The notes beneath the pieces were generated by a model. It did not search any database. It was not told the origin of the DNA and was given only the letters and a program-made list of their open reading frames with translations. The translations under genes were made by a program, and so were the position numbers. Below are positions 46,649-51,258 of a stretch of DNA of 51,258 bases, piece after piece. How positions within the stretch are numbered: position 1 is the first letter of the stretch; every line of letters starts with the position of its first letter. Source of the DNA: Candidatus Berkelbacteria bacterium (GTDB lineage: Bacteria > Patescibacteriota > UBA1384 > JACPKC01); assembly GCA_016198415.1 (NCBI GenBank), contig JACQIO010000014.1, forward strand, positions 1-51,258, written 5' to 3'.

Positions 46649-48068
46649 ATCGCGACGGCTCTGAGAACTCGATCGTCTCGTCCTTGAGCACGGCGTGGGT
46701 GATCGTGTGCTGAACGTCTGATCGATTGACGATGGTCACCTCGCCCCCCAGGTGGACGTTCGGTCCAAACTGGACATCGCCCTCCACCGTCAGGCGCTCA
46801 CAGGCCACCAGCGAAGGCAGCATCGGGAAGCGGGCCTCAAAGTCCGCCAGGAGACCGTAGTACTTGGGATCGAGGCGAATGATCGGTCCAGTCGAGCGCG
46901 ACGGGTGGAGCCGGAGCTGACCGGCGTGGAGTTCGTAGGCATCGGACCGAACCGCCAAGAGATCGGTGGTTTTTTTGACCGGCACAAAGCGGGCCCGGGG
47001 GACTTGGACGGCCACGGCACCCGGGAACTCATGAATGGCCGAGCCCATCGCCGTCTCCAGCTGAACGACCGCCAGCGAGGTTGGGTCCGTAGGATCGACG
47101 GTCTTTCGATTGACGATCACGGGCAGGTTGAGCGGACCGGCCGCGAGCCGCTCCTTGACTGCGCTCAGATCAAGCCAGAGGCTGTTGGTGTTGAAGGCGC
47201 GGTGCCGAGTGATGTCTTGGAAAGCCGGCTCGTCCGCCGGCAGACACTGGGCGACCTCGCGCAGGAGGAGCCGGCCGTCCAGCCCGCGGGCCAGGTGACC
47301 GCCCTTGCGGTCCGCTTCGGTCCGCTCTGCCACCTCCATGAGGAATGGGTGCTGACCTTGGATGAGGGCGCCAAGGAGCGTTGGGTCGACGGTGGCGCCG
47401 AGGTTGTCAGCGTTCGAGACAAACAGGTAGCGAATCTCATCAGTCAAGAAGGTCTCGAGGAGCCCGCTCGAGAGGAGCGTCAGGTAGAGATCCCCGTGGC
47501 CCGGTGGCGCCCAAGCCAGCTCAGGCTCGGCCGGCCAGTCGACGGGCCCCAAGCGCTCAGCCGAAAGCTTGGGGAGCCGGTGCTGGAGGACGGTCAGGGG
47601 GACGGCCTGGTCAGGGTCCGCCTCGGCCCGACGCGCCAGGAACGCTCCCGTGGCCTCGTCCGTGGCGGTGCTATTCATGAGAACCAGCGGCAGCGAGGCA
47701 CCGGTGCTCCGCCGCAGCGAGACGAGCTGATCGAGTATGAGATCCAGGAAGCTGGCGCTGCCCCGGATAGGCAGGAGCGACTTTGGCCCCCGCAGGCCCA
47801 TGTTCGTCCCCAGGCCACCGTTCAGCTTGAGGACCGCCAGTTGGCCGAGGGCCGCCTGTCCAAGCGGCGTCACCTCGTCGATGGCGTCGTAGGCCGGAAG
47901 GTCGGTGACCGGCGTGATGTCCGCCTCCCGAATGAAACCCGCCTGACCGGCCACCAAGGATTGGTACTGACGCGCGACCTCGGTGATGAAAACCTCTGGC
48001 GCACCGTCAGCCACCAGCCGCGATGCCACAGCTGGCCACTGGTCCTGGGGGGTTCGCACACCGGTCAT
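46635..48068 (-). CDS. UTP-glucose-1-phosphate uridylyltransferase, eukaryote-type (UDPGP family)
   Basis: KLNGGLGTNMG..GPKS, LMNS, WAPPGHGD, SNADNLGA, KGG, FNTN, QLETAMG, RFVPVK, C-terminal beta-helix. Confidence 0.92.
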   Translation of the reverse strand: MTGVRTPQDQWPAVASRLVADGAPEVFITEVARQYQSLVAGQAGFIREADITPVTDLPAYDAIDEVTPLGQAALGQLAVLKLNGGLGTNMGLRGPKSLLPIRGSASFLDLILDQLVSLRRSTGASLPLVLMNSTATDEATGAFLARRAEADPDQAVPLTVLQHRLPKLSAERLGPVDWPAEPELAWAPPGHGDLYLTLLSSGLLETFLTDEIRYLFVSNADNLGATVDPTLLGALIQGQHPFLMEVAERTEADRKGGHLARGLDGRLLLREVAQCLPADEPAFQDITRHRAFNTNSLWLDLSAVKERLAAGPLNLPVIVNRKTVDPTDPTSLAVVQLETAMGSAIHEFPGAVAVQVPRARFVPVKKTTDLLAVRSDAYELHAGQLRLHPSRSTGPIIRLDPKYYGLLADFEARFPMLPSLVACERLTVEGDVQFGPNVHLGGEVTIVNRSDVQHTITHAVLKDETIEFSEPSRFTAS

Positions 48069-48157
48069 GATGCCTTGAGTCTAGCGGGGGAGGGGAGTCT
48101 CCGGCAACTCGCGACGCGGGCGTGCTACAATATGAGCAGCAGGGGAGGGTCCTCGAC

Positions 48158-49564
48158 ATGAGACCGATTCGTCGGTGGCTGGGATTACTCATCATCACCC
48201 CACTCGTCTTGACGGGCTGTTTTGGTGGTGGCACCACACCAACCCCCACTGACTCAACCGAGCCAGCGGCGAATACCATCGAGATCTGGCGACCCTTTGA
48301 GAGCGAGGAGGTCTTCAATCCCATCCTCGCTTCTATGGAAGCGAGCAACGAGGGCCTGGACCTCGTCTACCGCCAGATCCCGATTGAGGAGTACGATCTC
48401 CGAATCAACGAGGCCCTCGCCTCAGAAGCCGGGCCGGACATCATCTCGATCCCCTCAGACGCCCTTGATCGATACAAGGACCGCCTCGTCCCAGCCCCGG
48501 AGGGCGTGATCCCCTCGAATACCCGGACGGCAGTCACCACCAATACCGATGCCCTGGCGGCGTTCTTTGCGCCGGTCGTCAGACAAGACGTGATGCGCGA
48601 CGATCAGATCTACGGCCTGCCGCTCTACGTCGACACCCTCGCGATTTACGTCAACCCCGCTCTCGTCCGGGCCCGGGCCCAACAATTTGACCGAGCCGAG
48701 CGACGGGAGGAGGCGGAGTTCCTCAAGTCCTTCGGCTTCAACACGTACGATCGACTGATCACGGCCATCGAACTCCTCACGGAACGAAGAACCGACGGGA
48801 GTTTTGAGGTCGCGGGGCTTGCTGCCGGCACGTCAAGTAACGTTCGGGCTGCCGCTGATATCGTCAGCGCGATGATGCTCCAGAACGGAACCCAGATGCT
48901 CGCTCCGGATGACCAGAACGCCACCTTCCACCTGGCGATTGACGGGCCGGCCGGCGCTAAGATTTTCCGGGGCACTGAGGCGCTCACCCGTTACACTAGC
49001 TTTGCAGATCCTGCCAACAGCTTCTATACCTGGAACGCCAGCATGCCGGATGACGTCCAAGCCTTCCTGGATGGGAAGGTAGCAATGATCTTTGGCTACC
49101 AGTACTACGAGCTTCTCTTCCGCCAACTCGCCCCAACGTTTAGCTATGCCGTCGTTCCTTTTCCTCAGATTGCTGATACCGAACGGCCGGTCGACTACGG
49201 CTCCTACTGGGTGGAGGTGGTCACCAAGAGCGCCGAGAATCCTGGGTTGACTTGGGGCGTCCTGGCCAAGCTCGGCGGGGACTTCAACCAAAGCTTCCTG
49301 GACAGCACCGGCCGGCCGTCACCCAGACCCACAACCGATGCGATCCCGAGTACGATCGGGCGAGCGAGCGAGACCAAGTCGCCCTTCAGCTACCAGCCCC
49401 AGACCGCCACCAGTTGGCGGAAAGGGAAGCGGCCAGACCGCGTCGACAACCTGTTCCGAGACATGATTCGGCGCGTCTCTCAAGATGGTGAGCCAGCCCA
49501 GACGGCCATTGAGGCGACTGCTAAGCTCGTCACGGAGCAGAGCCTCCAGACAGAGTGGCCGTGA
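48158..49564 (+). CDS. Extracellular solute-binding lipoprotein (sugar-binding-like)
   Basis: Lipobox LTGC, GPDI, IYGLPLYVDTLAIYVN, AFLDGKVAMIF; TGCTACAAT extended -10 upstream. Confidence 0.85.
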   Translation: MRPIRRWLGLLIITPLVLTGCFGGGTTPTPTDSTEPAANTIEIWRPFESEEVFNPILASMEASNEGLDLVYRQIPIEEYDLRINEALASEAGPDIISIPSDALDRYKDRLVPAPEGVIPSNTRTAVTTNTDALAAFFAPVVRQDVMRDDQIYGLPLYVDTLAIYVNPALVRARAQQFDRAERREEAEFLKSFGFNTYDRLITAIELLTERRTDGSFEVAGLAAGTSSNVRAAADIVSAMMLQNGTQMLAPDDQNATFHLAIDGPAGAKIFRGTEALTRYTSFADPANSFYTWNASMPDDVQAFLDGKVAMIFGYQYYELLFRQLAPTFSYAVVPFPQIADTERPVDYGSYWVEVVTKSAENPGLTWGVLAKLGGDFNQSFLDSTGRPSPRPTTDAIPSTIGRASETKSPFSYQPQTATSWRKGKRPDRVDNLFRDMIRRVSQDGEPAQTAIEATAKLVTEQSLQTEWP

Positions 49565-49890
49565 TGAACACGGCTATGTTGCGGGTGGCGGCCAACACCA
49601 CCGGCGAGCTCGGTGGAATCCAGCTGGAGCCAGTCATTGATCCCAAGTACGGCGGGACCCTCGTGGAGTTCTTCACCAAGGGGGTGCCGGACTTCCTCTT
49701 AGGTTTTGCCGGTCTGATTGCCCTGGTCATGCTCTTGATCGGCGGCCTCTGGTACCTCTTCAACGCCGGGAACTCGGATGCCACCGGTCAGGCCAGGAAC
49801 ACGATGCTCTGGTCCCTGATTGGACTCTTGGTGGTCCTGCTCTCCTACGCGGCCCTCAACTTCATTCGCCAGGCGCTGGGGTCCGGATGA
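49564..49890 (+). CDS. VirB2/TrbC-like pilin (CPR type) 1
   Basis: Two TMs around GGLWYLFNAGNSDATGQARNTMLWSLIG. Confidence 0.75.
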   Translation: MNTAMLRVAANTTGELGGIQLEPVIDPKYGGTLVEFFTKGVPDFLLGFAGLIALVMLLIGGLWYLFNAGNSDATGQARNTMLWSLIGLLVVLLSYAALNFIRQALGSG

Positions 49891-50219
49891 ATCGTCTCGC
49901 GTTCCTCCTTCTGACTCTCCTCCCTGGGCTCGCGAGCGCCGAGGGCTTGCTCCCAGAGAACTTTGGCGACCCAGAAAACCAAACCTACGCCTACGTGCTG
50001 TACTCATTGAAACACCTCGGCAACGTTGCCATCCAGATTGTCTTTGCTGTCGCCCTCGTCTTCCTCATCCTGACCGGCTACCGAATGATCACCTCGCTCG
50101 GCAACGACAAGGCGGTCCAGCAGTCCAAGATGAGCATCCTCTACATCATCATTGGGATTCTGGTGGTCATCGGCGCCTACGTGATTGTGAACACCCTCGG
50201 CCAACAGATCCTCCGGTGA
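49887..50219 (+). CDS. VirB2/TrbC-like pilin 2
   Basis: Signal peptide; GYRMITSLGNDKAVQQSKMSILYIIIG. Confidence 0.78.
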   Translation: MNRLAFLLLTLLPGLASAEGLLPENFGDPENQTYAYVLYSLKHLGNVAIQIVFAVALVFLILTGYRMITSLGNDKAVQQSKMSILYIIIGILVVIGAYVIVNTLGQQILR

Positions 50220-50392
50220 GAGACTTCCAGATGACCAGGGGGCCAGACTGCCAGTACATTTCCCAGGAGGATCCGGTCGGCTGACGGTCTGGATGTCTGA
50301 TGGTCTGCCTGCTACGGGCAGGCATGTGGATAAGCTCAGCAAGCAAGTCGGCAGAAGATAGGGTAGTATCGGTACGTACACAGGAGGGATCA

Positions 50393-50884
50393 ATGATGCA
50401 CTCCGTCCGAGGGTGGTATATCAGGAATCGAGAACGAATCTATCGTATCGCAGGAACCGGCGCGGGCGTGGGGAGTCTCTTAGTCCCCACCACGGCGATC
50501 GGTGCAAGCGCTGCGGGCACAACGACAACTGGTGGAACAATCACGCAGCCGACTCTGCCACCTGGCTTTCAGAACCTTGGGGCGCTGATCTCCCGGATCT
50601 TCACGATTGCGGCTGGGATCGCAGGCATCGTCTTCTTGATCCTCTTCCTGATTGGGGCCATCCAGTATCTGACCGCCGCCGGCAATGAAGACAACACTAA
50701 GAAGGCCCGGACGCTCATGCTCGATGCCTTCGTTGGCCTCATCTTGGTCCTCGCCGCCTGGGCCATCGGGACCTTCGTGCTCAGTATTCTGGGCATCTCA
50801 ACAACCAGCGAATTCTTCTCGATTCAGAACAGTAGTACTGGAACAGTTACCCCCGGGGCGTCGACAGCGCCGCTGACCCCGTAG
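50393..50884 (+). CDS. VirB2/TrbC-like pilin 3
   Basis: AGGAGGG SD; GAIQYLTAAGNEDNTKKARTLMLDAFVG; Thr-rich ends. Confidence 0.8.
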   Translation: MMHSVRGWYIRNRERIYRIAGTGAGVGSLLVPTTAIGASAAGTTTTGGTITQPTLPPGFQNLGALISRIFTIAAGIAGIVFLILFLIGAIQYLTAAGNEDNTKKARTLMLDAFVGLILVLAAWAIGTFVLSILGISTTSEFFSIQNSSTGTVTPGASTAPLTP

Positions 50885-50899
50885 AGTTGGTGCTTCGAT

Positions 50900-50935
50900 C
50901 ACCAAAGAGACGCGCTCAAGCGCGTCTCTTTGGTG
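50900..50935 (+). terminator. 16-bp stem hairpin between pilins 3 and 4
   Basis: CACCAAAGAGACGCGC-TCAA-GCGCGTCTCTTTGGTG, followed by TGGTAGAAT extended -10. Confidence 0.65.
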
Positions 50936-50973
50936 CCGGGCGTGGTAGAATATACGCAAGCATAGGGAGGGAG

Positions 50974-51258
50974 ATGCGTCACCGTTTCCTGATGACTGGA
51001 GCCATGCTGGCAACGCTCATCGCCGTCGCGCCGAGTTTGGCTGGGGCCGCCGATGAGTTCCTCTTCAACGCCCCCTCGGCCGTGCCGGAGGGCTTGCGGA
51101 CGCTGGGACCGGCGCTGGGCAAGATCTGGTCTATCATCGCCGCCATTGCCGGGATCGTCTTCCTGGTCATGATCCTCATTGGCGGGATCTCGTACCTCTC
51201 CTCCGCCGGCAACGAGGATGGGACCAAGAAGGCCCGGACGCTCATGCTCGATGCCTTC
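50974..51258 (+). CDS. VirB2/TrbC-like pilin 4, partial (not in ORF track)
   Basis: GGGAGGGAG SD; MRHRFLMTGAMLATLIAVAPSLAGAA...GGISYLSSAGNEDGTKKARTLMLDAF to the window end. Confidence 0.8.
   Translation, partial: MRHRFLMTGAMLATLIAVAPSLAGAADEFLFNAPSAVPEGLRTLGPALGKIWSIIAAIAGIVFLVMILIGGISYLSSAGNEDGTKKARTLMLDAF

Overview
High-GC, code-11 bacterial DNA (TGA is used as a stop), most likely from Patescibacteria/CPR. That assignment is inferred from a PaaX-like gene, a DUF5673-like gene, tandem VirB2/TrbC-like pilin genes and many ORFans. Layout: (1) 1-4.3 kb, ORFans and a Nudix hydrolase interleaved with two tRNA-Ser genes; (2) glyA; (3) 5.6-8.6 kb, an ORFan island of promoter-SD-ORF-hairpin cassettes with a repeated 3' hairpin, bounded by TTCCAC/GTGGAA palindromes, and encoding a sigma70-region-4-like protein and an unlisted 57-aa RHH-like protein; (4) 8.7-40.3 kb, folD plus a large surface-glycosylation region (gmd, galE, wecB, wecC, asnB-like, Wzx, GtrA, GT2/GT4, four GT-C-like membrane proteins, methyltransferases, heparinase II/III-like); (5) within it, a PaaX-like (Cas2-fold) gene enclosed by two 38-bp perfect palindromes and frameshifted by a 5-bp duplication; (6) two secreted proteins sharing four copies of a ~130-aa Ig-like module; (7) comF, Hsp20, a eukaryote-type UGPase, a solute-binding lipoprotein and a pilin array running off the end. 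The best candidates for an undescribed system are the palindrome-bracketed PaaX-like unit and the ORFan cassette array. All protein calls come from motif recognition by eye; no searches were run.
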